A stretch of 64,000 nucleotides of DNA from an uncultured Gammaproteobacteria bacterium (GCA_963797555.1 CAWCPV010000004.1:512001-576000), one strand, 5' to 3'; positions 41,738 to 52,735 are shown, numbered from the stretch's first letter. The notes: generated from the sequence alone by a model not told the origin. Numbers and translations are program-made.

Positions 41738-42337
41738 ATGAGCACGATTCCCACGGCGGGTAGCGGCCCGGCCGAGTCGGTCGATCCGGTCCGTGCGGCG
41801 AGGGATCTCGTCGGACGAGACCGCAGCGCCGGTCTTGCGGCCCTGAACCGGCTGTTCCGGGGCGGGCGGGTCCCGGATCCGCCGCCGGACGGCCCTTACG
41901 ACGGCCAGCTCGTGGCGGTCGACCTTGCGCCGGGACTCAGCCAGCTCGTGGAGTGGCTCGCCTCGCTCTGGATGCCCTGGAAAGGCAAGTTCCTGATCCA
42001 GGCGCAGAGCAAGGGGGACAACATCTTCGCCCGCAGCTCACGGACGGCGCTGCGCATCCTGTTTCCCTTCTACCGGGGGATGGCCGACTACGAGCCGGAG
42101 ACGTTCCGCGCCTTCGTCTTCCAGACCTCGGTCGATGCCGGCATGGCGGATCGGGACCGTCAGGTGTTCAGGATCGATTACGACCGCCCGGACAATCCGG
42201 GCCTTTCGATCCGGCGCATCGTCGACGAGATCGTCCAGGTGGAGGACGGCCTGTATCTCGGCAAGATCCACTTCAGGTGGTGGTGCGGCCGCTGGGGGAT
42301 GATCGGCTACTTCGTCCTGCGCCGACGCCCCATCTGA
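41738..42337 (+). CDS. Hypothetical beta-barrel-like protein
   Basis: PWKGKF..IDYD.P.NP..IRRIVDEIVQV.DGLYLG; in operon. Confidence 0.7.
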   Translation: MSTIPTAGSGPAESVDPVRAARDLVGRDRSAGLAALNRLFRGGRVPDPPPDGPYDGQLVAVDLAPGLSQLVEWLASLWMPWKGKFLIQAQSKGDNIFARSSRTALRILFPFYRGMADYEPETFRAFVFQTSVDAGMADRDRQVFRIDYDRPDNPGLSIRRIVDEIVQVEDGLYLGKIHFRWWCGRWGMIGYFVLRRRPI

Positions 42338-42461
42338 GTGGACTGCGGCTCTTCTGGGCGAAGGCGTTGGGAATTGGGCGGGATGGGCGCGGCCCTGCGG
42401 ATGAGCGCCGCAGGCGTTCGAGCACCCGCCCTGTTGCGCGGTGTCGTGAAGGAGACTAGCG

Positions 42462-44117
42462 ATGGCAGGTGACGCCCGACAGACTGACGGTGCCTCTCAC
42501 AACCGTGGCTGGGGCACCAAGTTGTTTCGATGGTGGACGGTGCTCTCGGCGCTGGTCGTCGGCATCGTTCTGATGGTCGTGGTCTACGCCGCGGTGCGGT
42601 TTCTGCCGAACCGGGCGGTGAGCTATGCGGATATCCAAGAGCACTTCAAGTACGGCTCCACGGGCGGTGAGGTCAATTTCGGGTTCCCCTACTGGATCTG
42701 GCAGGAGTTGCCGCTGCTCTGCGCCGACTTTCTGCCGGCGGACCGATTGCCCCCGGACTACGGTGCGCGGGTGTCGAGCTACCGCCGGGGAGAGACCACC
42801 GCGGACCGACTCGCCCTGTCGCGGGAAGGGTACAAGGCGCTGGGCATGCTCTACGAGACCGGGCCGAATGGGCGAGAGAAGGATCTGCCGGTGGGTGTAT
42901 CCAAACGCCGCAACCTCGGCCTGGATCGCGTGTTTGTCAACTGCGCCGTCTGCCATACCAGCACCGTGCGCGATAGCCCGGCTGACGGCCCGCGCCTGGT
43001 GCTCGGGATGCCGGCCAACCTGTTCGACCTCTACGATTTCGAGCGCTTCTTTTTCCAGTGCGCGAACGACGAGCGCTTCAACAAGCACAACATCATCCCG
43101 GCAGTCGATGCGCTGGGGGCCGATGTCGGCGTGGTGGACCGTTACCTGGTCTACCCGGTCGCGATCTGGATCATGCGCGACCAGGTGAAGCAGCTCGAGA
43201 GCCGGCTCGGCTTCGCCGCCAAGCAGCCCCCGTGGGGTCCCGGCCGCGTGGACACCTTCAGCGCCGCCAAGGCCATCTTCGACTGGCCGTGGAAGGAGCT
43301 GCCCGACTGGCACAAGGACGGGCGTGTCGACAGCGAGTCGATCGGCACTGCCGACTTTCCGTCCATCTGGCTGCAGGCGCCGCGCAAGAGCCGGGCGGAC
43401 GGCAAGCAGATGCAGCTCCACTGGGACGGCAACAACGACAAGGTGGAAGAGCGCAATCTGAGTGCCGCCTTCGGCACCGGCGCCTTGCCGCCCATCATCG
43501 ATCACGCGGCGATCGGCCGCATCGAAAACTGGCTGCTGACTCTGGAGCCGCCCCCCTATCCCTATCCCATCGACCGGCAACTCGCGGCGCAAGGGAAACA
43601 GGTCTATGCGACCTATTGTGCCGCCTGTCACGGTGCCTCCGGGAGGGATTTCACGGGGGCGCGAGTCGGCTTCGTTACGCCCATCGAGGAGATCGGCACC
43701 GACCGGTATCGGCTCGACAATTACGTCTACGATCTGGCCGTCAACCAGGCGACACTGTACGCGGGCACACCCTATCGGTTCACGCATTTTCGGAAGACCT
43801 TCGGCTACGCCAACATGCCGCTCGACGGTATCTGGCTGCGGGCGCCCTATCTGCACAATGGGTCCGTCCCCAATCTGCGCGCCCTGCTGGAGCCGGCGAG
43901 CGCGCGGCCCCGGGTCTTTTACCGCGGCGACAACGTTTACGACCCGAAGGACATCGGCTTCGTGTCGGACGTGGCAGATGCACAGGGGCGGCGGTTTTTT
44001 CAGTACGACACGACCGTCCCCGGCAACGGCAATGCAGGTCACGAAGGACCGGCGTTCGGTACGCAGCTTCCGGAGCGGGACAAGGCGGCGCTCCTGGAAT
44101 ATATGAAGACCTTTTGA
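42462..44117 (+). CDS. Membrane-anchored dihaem cytochrome c (RoxA-like)
   Basis: TM anchor; HFKYGS; NCAVCH; CAACH; LDGIWLRAPYLHNGSVP; GNGNAGH. Confidence 0.85.
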   Translation: MAGDARQTDGASHNRGWGTKLFRWWTVLSALVVGIVLMVVVYAAVRFLPNRAVSYADIQEHFKYGSTGGEVNFGFPYWIWQELPLLCADFLPADRLPPDYGARVSSYRRGETTADRLALSREGYKALGMLYETGPNGREKDLPVGVSKRRNLGLDRVFVNCAVCHTSTVRDSPADGPRLVLGMPANLFDLYDFERFFFQCANDERFNKHNIIPAVDALGADVGVVDRYLVYPVAIWIMRDQVKQLESRLGFAAKQPPWGPGRVDTFSAAKAIFDWPWKELPDWHKDGRVDSESIGTADFPSIWLQAPRKSRADGKQMQLHWDGNNDKVEERNLSAAFGTGALPPIIDHAAIGRIENWLLTLEPPPYPYPIDRQLAAQGKQVYATYCAACHGASGRDFTGARVGFVTPIEEIGTDRYRLDNYVYDLAVNQATLYAGTPYRFTHFRKTFGYANMPLDGIWLRAPYLHNGSVPNLRALLEPASARPRVFYRGDNVYDPKDIGFVSDVADAQGRRFFQYDTTVPGNGNAGHEGPAFGTQLPERDKAALLEYMKTF

Positions 44118-44131
44118 GGAGGTAAAGTGTC

Positions 44132-45607
44132 ATGACCGGGATAGCCGAGGGATTCAAGAAGAGGCCGATTCTGATAGCGACGGCTGCCGTCATCTTGGTG
44201 CTGATCGCGGGCGTCGCCTTCGTTGGGTGGTACAAGTTCTTCCGCGAGGAGCCCCAGCCGGCCTGGGTGACCGCGGATCCCGATACCCGCTTCAAATACG
44301 GCTCCATCGGGGCCGAATGGGATGCCGGCATTCCCTATTGGATCTTCTACGTGCTGCCCAGGATGTTTCCCGAGAAGCTGCCGGGGCCGGGCGGCTACGC
44401 CTCGTTCGGGGTCCCCTGGGAGGAAGGTCAGGAGCTGCCGGTGGGGTTCACCAAGAAGGTTATCGGCTTCCCCCGGGTTGCCAACAACTGCGCGGTCTGC
44501 CACGCGGCGCGCTACCGCACCAAGGCGGCCGAGATTCCTACGGTCGTCACCGCGGCGCCAGGCAACACGACCAACGTGGAGGCGTTCTTCCGGTTCTTCG
44601 TGGATTGCGCCAAGGACCCGCGCTTCAACGGCGACAACGTCCTCTGGGAGATCATGAACGTCACCCAGCTCTCGTGGCTGGACAAGCTGCTCTACAAGTA
44701 CCTCATCATCCCAATCACCAAGCAGCGGCTGGTGGAACGGGAAACGCAGTTTGCGTGGGTCTACCGGCCCGACTTTCCTGACTGGGGTCGTGGCCGCGAC
44801 GATGCCATGAATCTCACCAAGTACTTCATGCTGAAGCTGCCGATGGACGATACCTTCGGACCCACGGACATGCCCTCCATCTGGAACCTCAAGAAGGACG
44901 ACGCACCCAACAACCGAATGAATTGGGCGGGCGACAGTTACGACGCCTATTCCGTCATCGTCGACTCGGCGCTGGGGCTGCTCGGTTCCCAGAACGGACC
45001 CAAGCACAAGAACGAGTTCCTGGCGCAGATCGATTGGCTGAAGAACTATTTGCGAAACAAGCGCGCCCCGGCCTATCCGTTCCCTGTCGACGAGGCAAAG
45101 GCCGCGAGGGGTAAGGCGGTCTTCGGTCAGGCCTGTGCGTCCTGCCACGCGAGCGACAGGACCGGGACGCCCATTCCTTTGGCCGAGGTCGGCACGAACC
45201 CGGACCGTATCGCAACCTGGGGCAAGGAGTACGCCGTGGCGTCCAACAAGGTGGTGAGCGCCATGGGCATCGAGAGGAAGGGCCTGGTGGAGGCGCCGCT
45301 TATCGGCTACGTCGCTCAATATCTGGACGGCATCTGGTTGAGGGCGCCGTATCTTCACAACGGCTCGGTGCCCACCTTGCGCGACCTGTTGCGCCCCGTT
45401 GCCCAGCGGCCCGCCGCGTTCTATCGGGGTTACGACCTCTATGACCCAGCGAATGTGGGCTTCGTCTCGTCGGGGCCCGAAGCCGAGAAGGTAGGTACCA
45501 AACTGGACGTCACCAAACGGGGAAACGGCAACGAGGGGCACACTTTCGGTACCGATCTGCCCGAAGCCGACAAAGACGCACTCGTGGAGTACCTGAAGAC
45601 GCTCTGA
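44132..45607 (+). CDS. Membrane-anchored dihaem cytochrome c (RoxA-like), paralog
   Basis: RFKYGS; NCAVCH; CASCH; LDGIWLRAPYLHNGSVP; GNGNEGH. Confidence 0.85.
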   Translation: MTGIAEGFKKRPILIATAAVILVLIAGVAFVGWYKFFREEPQPAWVTADPDTRFKYGSIGAEWDAGIPYWIFYVLPRMFPEKLPGPGGYASFGVPWEEGQELPVGFTKKVIGFPRVANNCAVCHAARYRTKAAEIPTVVTAAPGNTTNVEAFFRFFVDCAKDPRFNGDNVLWEIMNVTQLSWLDKLLYKYLIIPITKQRLVERETQFAWVYRPDFPDWGRGRDDAMNLTKYFMLKLPMDDTFGPTDMPSIWNLKKDDAPNNRMNWAGDSYDAYSVIVDSALGLLGSQNGPKHKNEFLAQIDWLKNYLRNKRAPAYPFPVDEAKAARGKAVFGQACASCHASDRTGTPIPLAEVGTNPDRIATWGKEYAVASNKVVSAMGIERKGLVEAPLIGYVAQYLDGIWLRAPYLHNGSVPTLRDLLRPVAQRPAAFYRGYDLYDPANVGFVSSGPEAEKVGTKLDVTKRGNGNEGHTFGTDLPEADKDALVEYLKTL

Positions 45608-45629
45608 GCAAGCGGCCCAGTGGATTGCG

Positions 45630-45866
45630 ATGGGCAAGCCAAAACACCAATCCTTGAAGCCGTCCACGGCGCGGGGACTGCACAAGGCGGGCGTGATGGA
45701 TCAGCTTCACGCTGCGTGAATTCGACCGGCTGTGCCTGCCGCCGGTCGCGCCGCTGAAGCCGGAGCAAATCAAGCAAATCCGCGAGGCCTCGCGGGTCAG
45801 CCTGGCGGCGTTCGCCCGTCTGCTGAACACCAACGTCTCGACGGTGGAGAAGTGGGAGGTCGGCTG
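45630..45866 (+). pseudogene. HigA-like HTH antitoxin fragment
   Basis: TLREFDRLCLPPVAPLKPEQIKQIREASRVSLAAFARLLNTNVSTVEKWE, truncated. Confidence 0.65.
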
Positions 45867-46114
45867 CCGGGTCAGGCGCGGCACGGAGATGTCGAGGGCG
45901 TCGATGTTCTTATCCGGCGATGCTTTTGGCAATGCGCGCTAGGTCGCCTCCGGTTAGACCAGATGCGGATAGGGTTGGCGTTTCTGGCGGCCGATCAGCG
46001 CCTTCGTGGTCCACATCGAACTCGGCCAGGAGGCTGCCTTCAACCTCCGCAAGGAGAAGTATGGCTTCTAATTTTGCCGATTCATGGCACTCCGCGGTTA
46101 CATGACCGTACCCT

Positions 46115-46537
46115 TCACTGCCACGGGTTGAACAACGAAACCCGCGCTTTCGCGTAATCGTCGGTGTTCCGCGTCACCACGGTCAGGCCATGTTGCAACC
46201 CCGTCGCAGCAATGATGAGATCAGGCTGTGAGAAGGTATGGCCCGTCTTTCGACCCTCCTCGACCAGCAGCCGCCACTTGAACATGATGTCCTCGGTGAC
46301 CGGCAGCACGCGCTGCTCGAACATCGGCCTCACCTTGAGGGTCAGCCAGTCCGTGAGCTCCGCGCGCCGGGTGGCGTCGGTGACGAGCTCGATGCCGAAC
46401 CTGAGCTCGGCAAGCGTGACCGCGCTAATGAACAGTCGATCGAGCGGCTGCGCGGCAACAAAGGCCAGCACCTTGGAGGAGGGCCGCGGACGCCGCAGTT
46501 CGGAGAGGACGTTTGTATCGAGGAGCCACCCCGTCAC
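46115..46537 (-). CDS. VapC/FitB PIN toxin
   Basis: WLLDTNVLSE..ISAVTLAEL..DLIIAAT..VTRN..D. Confidence 0.92.
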   Translation of the reverse strand: MTGWLLDTNVLSELRRPRPSSKVLAFVAAQPLDRLFISAVTLAELRFGIELVTDATRRAELTDWLTLKVRPMFEQRVLPVTEDIMFKWRLLVEEGRKTGHTFSQPDLIIAATGLQHGLTVVTRNTDDYAKARVSLFNPWQ

Positions 46538-46824
46538 AGGCTCACATCCCGCACCGGCATCGGCATACGCTGAGGTTCGATCTCAATGTCACGGTGCGGC
46601 GAGGCTTGCATGGCGTCGATGAGCGCCTGGCCCGTCTGTTCACCCCGCAGACGCCGGAACTCCTCGGCCGCGATGACGACCACTTCCTCACGTCCGTGCA
46701 CGGTGACGTGCTGGGGTCCCTCGCTGCGGGCGCGGCGCACGAGCTCGCTGAAACGCGCCTTGGCGTCTTGCAACAGCCAATGGCCAGGGAGTAAGGGGGA
46801 ACGCGACTTGGCGGGTTTGCCCAT
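46534..46824 (-). CDS. Phd/YefM antitoxin
   Basis: WLLQDAKARFSELVRRARSEGPQHVTVHGREEVVV. Confidence 0.88.
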   Translation of the reverse strand: MGKPAKSRSPLLPGHWLLQDAKARFSELVRRARSEGPQHVTVHGREEVVVIAAEEFRRLRGEQTGQALIDAMQASPHRDIEIEPQRMPMPVRDVSL

Positions 46825-47019
46825 CGGGTCTGTAAAGCTGTCGTCATTAGATCTAGTCATGCTGACCAGATTAGCATGTGCCTTCGAAGTGGCTCAAGGG
46901 AAAACGAGGCGCGGGTTGCCGTAACCGTCTGTTTCTCTAGCGGGTTTAAGTCCCGCGAAGGAGTTGTCCGTGCACCTTTCTAGCGCCGGGAAGCAGCGCC
47001 TGAGCACGGTGGAGCCCGA

Positions 47020-47734
47020 CTCGTGCGTTATGCCGATGATCTCCTCACTCGTATGTGCACGGGGGGTGGAGCCACCGATGCGGGTGCTGCGCAGCGTATT
47101 GAAGCGGCTGGGTCTCAGCCTCAACGAGGCCAAGACGCGGGTGGTGGATGCCCGAGAACAGTCCTTCGACTTTCTCGGCTTCAGCTTCCATCTGCGGCCC
47201 GAGTGGCCACAGTGGCAAACGCTACCCGCATGTCGAGCCGTCGAAGCGTTCGGTGCAGCGTATCAAAGACAGTACCAAGCAGTTGACCCATCGACGGCGG
47301 ACCCCGGTGCCGATGCCCCGGATCATCGGGGAGCTGAACCGGAGCCTGCGGGGCTGGAGCCACTACTTTCACCACCGCAACTGCAGTCAGGCACTGTCCA
47401 AGGTGAAGCTGCACGTGGAAGAGCGGGTACGTACCCATCTGCGTCGGCGCCACAAGCTCCTCAGCCGGGCGCAGGCGTACCGGCGCTTTCCCGGGCAGGT
47501 GCTCTACGGACGTTATGGACTCTTCAAGCTGCCGACGACGGCACCCTGGCGCACGGCGCATGCCCTGGCGTGAAGAGCATCGGAAAGCCGTGTACGGGAA
47601 AACCGTATGCACGGTTTGATGAGAGGGGGCTGGCTACTGCGGCTACGGATGGGCTATTGAGGCACCGCCAGCCGAAAGGGGCGGCAACAGATAGGCCCAG
47701 CCTACGGTCTCGGGACACCTGGCATCTACTCGAC
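47020..47734 (+). mobile_element. 5'-truncated group II intron (RT domains 5-7 and X frameshifted, DV-DVI intact)
   Basis: RYADD; LSLNEAKT..FDFLGF; LNRSLRGW..YF; DV GAAAGCCGTGTACGGGAAAACCGTATGCACGGTTTGATGAGAGGGG; 3' end CTCGAC. Confidence 0.85.
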
Positions 47735-47785
47735 CCATTGACCCCTTTGCCTTGCCTTATTCGAAAGAACTGAACGGAGCAATGC

Positions 47786-50458
47786 ATGGGCGACTTGCAT
47801 CATCTTTCATCGCAGGAAGCGCTGGCTGCCGTTGATTCGACCGCGCACGGTTTGAGCCAAACCGAAGCGGCGCGGCGCCTCGCGCAATATGGCCCGAATC
47901 GCCTGACGCCCGCCAACCAGCGAGGCAGCCTGATGCGGTTCCTGCTGCAATTCCACAATGTGCTGATCTACGTGCTGCTCGCCGCGGCAAGCGTCACCGC
48001 ATTACTCGCGCATTGGGTGGACACCAGCGTGATCATCGGCGTCGTGTTCATCAATGCCGTCATCGGCTTCATTCAGGAAGGCAAGGCCGAGAAGGCGATG
48101 GATGCCATCCGCCGCATGCTTTCACCTGAAGCCACCGCGTTGCGCGACAGCCGGCGCGAAGTGATCGCGGCCGAAGAGCTGGTCCCAGGTGACATCGTAC
48201 TGCTGCAATCCGGCGACAAGGTGCCTGCCGATCTGCGCCTGCTGTCGGTGAAGAACCTGCGCATCGAAGAAGCCGCTCTCACTGGCGAATCCAGCGCGGT
48301 GGAAAAAAATATCGCCGCAGTGGACGACAATGCCCTTCTGGGCGACCGATTCTGTATGGCCTATTCGGGTACGCTGGTCGTGTATGGACAGGGCACGGGC
48401 GTGGTGATCGCCACTGCCGACAATACCGAGATCGGGCGTATCAGCGCCATGCTGGATGAAGTACAGACTTTGACCACCCCGCTATTGCGCCAGATGGATA
48501 TCTTCGGGCGCTGGCTGACGATCGCGATCACGGTGCTGGCGGTCTTTGCATTCTTCGTCGGCTGGCTGATACACCAGTTCGATCTCGGCGATATGTTCAT
48601 TGCCGCCGTGAGCATCGCAGTGGCGGCGATCCCCGAAGGTCTTCCAGCGGTGCTGACCATCACACTGGCACTGGGTGTGCGGCGTATGGCCAAACGCAAC
48701 GCCATCATCCGCCGCCTGCCTGCGGTGGAAGCCCTGGGTTCGGTAACCGTGATCTGTACCGACAAGACCGGTACCCTGACGCGCAATGAAATGACAGTGC
48801 AACGCGTTCTTACCGCCGACCGCGTGCTCGAGGTGAGCGGCGGCGGGTATGCACCGCATGGCGGATTCACCCTGGCCGGCAAGGATACGGATATCGCCGG
48901 CGACACCGAAGTACTCGATCTGTTGCGCGCCGGAATGCTATGTAACGATGCGGTGCTGCGTGAGAACGGCGGGACATGGCACGTAGCGGGCGATCCCACC
49001 GAGGGGGCGCTCATCACGCTGGCCATGAAAGGCGGTTTTGACCCGGTACGCGAACATGAATCGCTGCCACGCATCGATCTCATCCCTTTTGAATCGGAAC
49101 ACCGTTTCATGGCGACATTGCACCACGACCATGCGGGACATGCCTTTATCGTTGTGAAAGGTGCGGCCGAGCAGCTCCTGGCGATGTGCGACCGGCAGCG
49201 CCAGACGAATGCAGACGCACCCCTCGATCTGCAGCAGTGGCACGACAGAATGGCCGGGGCCGGCGCACTCGGCCTGCGTGTACTGGCTCTGGCGACAAAG
49301 TCTGTGGGCGCCGGGAAGCGCGAACTGAATTTTGCTGACATGCAGGGCGGTTTCTCGCTGCTCGGCCTGGTAGGCATCACCGATCCGCCGCGCGAAGAAG
49401 CCATCGCTGCCGTGCGCGACTGTCATGCGGCGAGCATCCGCGTCATGATGATCACGGGCGACCACGCCGGAACGGCGGGCGCGATCGCCACACAATTAGG
49501 CATCGGCAACGGCCGCACGCTCGGCGGAAGCGAACTGGATGCGATGGATGAGGCCGCATTGTTGCAGGCCGTGCGCGATGTGGACGTGTTTGCACGCGCC
49601 AGCCCAGAACACAAGCTACGCCTAGTCCGGGCGCTACAGGCCAACGGCGAGGTGGTTGCCATGACCGGAGATGGCGTGAACGACGCGCCGGCCCTGAAAC
49701 GGGCCGACATCGGCCTGGCCATGGGCATGAAAGGAACCGAGGTGGCCAAAGAAGCCTCGGGGATCGTGCTGGCAGATGACAACTTCTCCACTATCGCGCA
49801 CGCCGTGGAAGAAGGCCGCACCGTTTACGACAATCTCAAGAAGGCCATCGTGTTCATCATCCCGACCAATGGCGGCGAAGCAGGCATGGTGCTGGTCGCC
49901 ATCCTCTTCGGCATGACATTGCCGATCACCCCGGTGCAGATCCTGTGGGTCAACATGGTCACGGCGGTCACACTTGCGCTGGCACTTTCATTCGAAAAAG
50001 CAGAGCCGGATGTGATGCGGCGCCCGCCGCGTTCGGTCGGCGAACCGTTACTGTCCGGCTTCATGATCTGGCGCATCGTGTTCGTGTCTGTGCTGCTCAC
50101 GGCAGGCCCCATATTCCTGTTCACCTGGGAAAGCGCGCGCGGCGTCAGTGTGGAAATGGCCCGCACCGCCGCGATCAATGCATTGGTCGCCGGTGAAATT
50201 GCCTACCTGTTCAATTGTCGCTACCTGCTGGCACCGGTACGCACCTGGAAAGATTTCACCGGCAATTTCTACATACTGCTTACTGTTGTCATCCTGGCCA
50301 TCATCCAGGCCGTATTCACTTACACGCCATTCATGCATACGCTGTTCGGCGTCGTCGATATCGACTTCGCGGCATGGGTACGCATTCCGTTCTTCGGGGT
50401 GTCTCTGTTTGTGGCAGTGGAATTGGAGAAGATGCTGATCCGACGCATCAAAGGATAG
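47786..50458 (+). CDS. Cation-transporting P-type ATPase (type IIA, PacL/CtpF-like)
   Basis: TGES, IPEGLP, DKTGT, MITGD, TGDGVND. Confidence 0.97.
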   Translation: MGDLHHLSSQEALAAVDSTAHGLSQTEAARRLAQYGPNRLTPANQRGSLMRFLLQFHNVLIYVLLAAASVTALLAHWVDTSVIIGVVFINAVIGFIQEGKAEKAMDAIRRMLSPEATALRDSRREVIAAEELVPGDIVLLQSGDKVPADLRLLSVKNLRIEEAALTGESSAVEKNIAAVDDNALLGDRFCMAYSGTLVVYGQGTGVVIATADNTEIGRISAMLDEVQTLTTPLLRQMDIFGRWLTIAITVLAVFAFFVGWLIHQFDLGDMFIAAVSIAVAAIPEGLPAVLTITLALGVRRMAKRNAIIRRLPAVEALGSVTVICTDKTGTLTRNEMTVQRVLTADRVLEVSGGGYAPHGGFTLAGKDTDIAGDTEVLDLLRAGMLCNDAVLRENGGTWHVAGDPTEGALITLAMKGGFDPVREHESLPRIDLIPFESEHRFMATLHHDHAGHAFIVVKGAAEQLLAMCDRQRQTNADAPLDLQQWHDRMAGAGALGLRVLALATKSVGAGKRELNFADMQGGFSLLGLVGITDPPREEAIAAVRDCHAASIRVMMITGDHAGTAGAIATQLGIGNGRTLGGSELDAMDEAALLQAVRDVDVFARASPEHKLRLVRALQANGEVVAMTGDGVNDAPALKRADIGLAMGMKGTEVAKEASGIVLADDNFSTIAHAVEEGRTVYDNLKKAIVFIIPTNGGEAGMVLVAILFGMTLPITPVQILWVNMVTAVTLALALSFEKAEPDVMRRPPRSVGEPLLSGFMIWRIVFVSVLLTAGPIFLFTWESARGVSVEMARTAAINALVAGEIAYLFNCRYLLAPVRTWKDFTGNFYILLTVVILAIIQAVFTYTPFMHTLFGVVDIDFAAWVRIPFFGVSLFVAVELEKMLIRRIKG

Positions 50459-50510
50459 AAATTCAACCGAGCGCCATTCGGGTCTGAGCCCATTTCCATT
50501 TCGCGTGTGA

Positions 50511-51090
50511 TCACCGCCTCGAGCCTAACGCCATGGGCGATGCCAGGCTCCGAAGGCTGTCGCGCAGCAGCTTCCCTACCGAGCTCCTGGGCAGGCGGTC
50601 GACGAAGGTCACCGCCGTGGGCGCTTGGTAGGGGGGAAGGTGCGCTCGGCCGAACGCGACGATGTCCTCCTCGGTCGCCGGCGCGCCAGCGGCACGCACG
50701 ACGATGGCGACCGTGACCTCGCCGCGACCGTCGGCGTCGACATGCACGACGCCGACGTTGGCGATCGAGGGGTGTTCGAGCAAGACCCGCTCCACGTCGC
50801 CGGGGTAGACCGCGCGCCCTTCCGAGAGGAAACGGTCCGCCACCCGGTCGACGATCCAGACGTACCCGTCGTCGTCGGTGCGCGCGGCGTCCCCGGTTCG
50901 CAGCCATCCGTCGGATGACAGCACCGCCGACGTGGCCTCGGGATCGTTCCAGTATCCGGCCATCACGTTCGGGCCGCGCACCAGCAGCTCACCCGTCTCC
51001 CCCGACGCGACCGGTGCGCCGTCAGGGCCAACGATCTGCACGTCGACCAAGAGCGGCGGCCGTCCGGCGGACCCGATCTTCGCGAGCATG
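50511..51090 (-). pseudogene. Acyl-CoA synthetase C-terminal fragment
   Basis: GELLVRGPNVMAGYW..GWLRTGD..IVDR..LPRSSVGK; 5' end cut at a RAYT-end motif (51091). Confidence 0.8.
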
Positions 51091-51239
51091 GCCAAAGGGG
51101 CCAGGCTCGGATATCCTGTTGCACAAAGTGGATTCATACCGCCAGTGCTCCCTGGCCTGGGTCATGTGCGACGGAGTCGTCTCGCCTGGCACGCGGCCTG
51201 CCTCGCGGCTTCGGTTCCCGCCGCTGGCCCGTCACTGCC

Positions 51240-51870
51240 TCAATCTTGGCATAAAAACCGTGCATTGCCCAAAGGCTGATTCTGATTCAGCGCCAGCCGT
51301 AGGTCGTTGATCGCTTCTTGGTCCAGTTGCGCCCGGAACAGGCTCCGGTAGGCAGCCTGCCTTTCCTTCGCCTCCCTGCCCAGCGACAGATACAGAGGAT
51401 GCGGGGTGAAATACGGGTTGACCTGCCCCAGGGCATTGTGACGGTAGCTCGTCCAGCGGTAATGCGCAGGATCATCGATCATGGCTGCCCATGTAGGGGG
51501 TTGAGCTCGATGTATCGCTGGCAGGCAAGCAGGTAGGTTTCGGCTTGGATCAGCGAGGATTTGTAACGGCTATCCCATAGGGTGCGGTCCGGCGGTAGGT
51601 GGTGTTGATGTACTGCACGTAGCGCCGCCCCAAGGCAATGATCAGCCGGGGGACGGCTCCGGCATGCTCGGGGCTCAGAAGCAGGTGGACATGGTTGGTC
51701 ATCAACGCGTAGGCGTGAAGCGCGCACCGCTCTTTCTTCAACGCCTCGCCCAACCAGTGGAGGTAGGCCTGATAATCTCTTCGCCAAAGAAGCACGGTTC
51801 GCGGTTGTGCCCGCGTTGCACGATGTGCAGCGGTACGCCATCAAGATGGATGCGGGGGCGGCGGGGCACA
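51240..51870 (-). pseudogene. REP-associated tyrosine transposase (RAYT, Y1), frameshifted
   Basis: MPRRPRI..HIVQRGHNR..YALMTNHVHLL..LWDSRYKS..YIELNP..YRWTSY; flanked by AAAGGGGCCAGG motifs (51094, 51898). Confidence 0.85.
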
Positions 51871-51934
51871 TTGAAGTATCATAAGCAAATACTTCGACCC
51901 TGGCCCCTTTGGCCCCTCCTTTGGCCCCCTAGGA

Positions 51935-52315
51935 TGGCCTTGTCGCGCTCCAGCGCCTCGATCCGCCGGTCCTTGGCATCCTTGAGCGTCTTGCGACCAG
52001 GCTTCTTAGGTGCAAGCCCGGCCTCGCCTTCACGCTCGAGCTGCACACGCCAGGCTGCTAACTGGGAGCTGTACAGTCGCTCTCGACGCAGCAGCGCCGC
52101 CAGTGCTCCGCGTTCACTGCAAACCTCGGCCTCGGCCAAGATACGTTGCTTGTCCTCGGCCGAGAAGCGCCGGCGCAACCGCCGATCATGCTCAGGGTTG
52201 GCTACCACCTCAGTACCGCTTCCAACTGAAACAGGCTTGGGCATGACATCCTCCAGTGCGCCCTCGAATCATACTGACATTTCAAGAAACCCGTGTCTCA
52301 GTCATTATTGGCACA
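51935..52315 (-). mobile_element. IS3-family left end and orfA fragment
   Basis: TGTGCCAATAATGACTGAGACA end at 52315; RRRFSAEDKQRIL..LLRRERLYSSQLAAWR. Confidence 0.75.
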
Positions 52316-52319
52316 GAGG

Positions 52320-52662
52320 GGATGTATCGCTGGCAGGCAAGCACATGTCCACCTGCTTCTGACGCCCGAGCCGTCCCCCGGCTGATCATTGCCTTGGGGC
52401 GGCGCTATGTGCAGTACATCAACACCACCTACCGCCGGACGGGCACCCTATGGGATAGCCGTTACAAATCCTCGCTGATCCAAGTTTGGCGAAGAAGATT
52501 ATCAGGCCTACCTCCACTGGTTGGGCGAGGCGTTGAAGAAAGAGCGGTGCGCGCTTCACGCCTACGCGTTGATGACCAACCGAAGCACGGTTCGCGGTTG
52601 TGCCCGCGTTGCACGATGTGCAGCGGTACGCCATCAAGATGGATGCGGGGGCGGCGGGGCAT
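52320..52662. pseudogene. Scrambled second RAYT copy
   Basis: Same segments as 51509-51870 with two internal blocks individually inverted. Confidence 0.75.
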
Positions 52663-52685
52663 TGACGTATATAGAAATAATTCGA

Positions 52686-52727
52686 CCCTGGCCCCTTTAA
52701 CCTATCCCTGGCCCCTTTAACCTATCC
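52686..52727. repeat. Tandem 20-bp RAYT-end repeat
   Basis: CCCTGGCCCCTTTAACCTAT x2; related motif at 51898-51930. Confidence 0.7.
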
Positions 52728-52735
52728 ATCCGGTC

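Noticed and set aside
47020-47734. RT fragment as the DGR's reverse transcriptase
   Set aside because: It has YADD, domain X and DV/DVI RNA, so it is a truncated, frameshifted group II intron 38 kb away rather than a DGR RT.
52686-52727. CRISPR array
   Set aside because: Two abutting 20-bp repeats with no spacers or cas genes; the motif matches RAYT ends.
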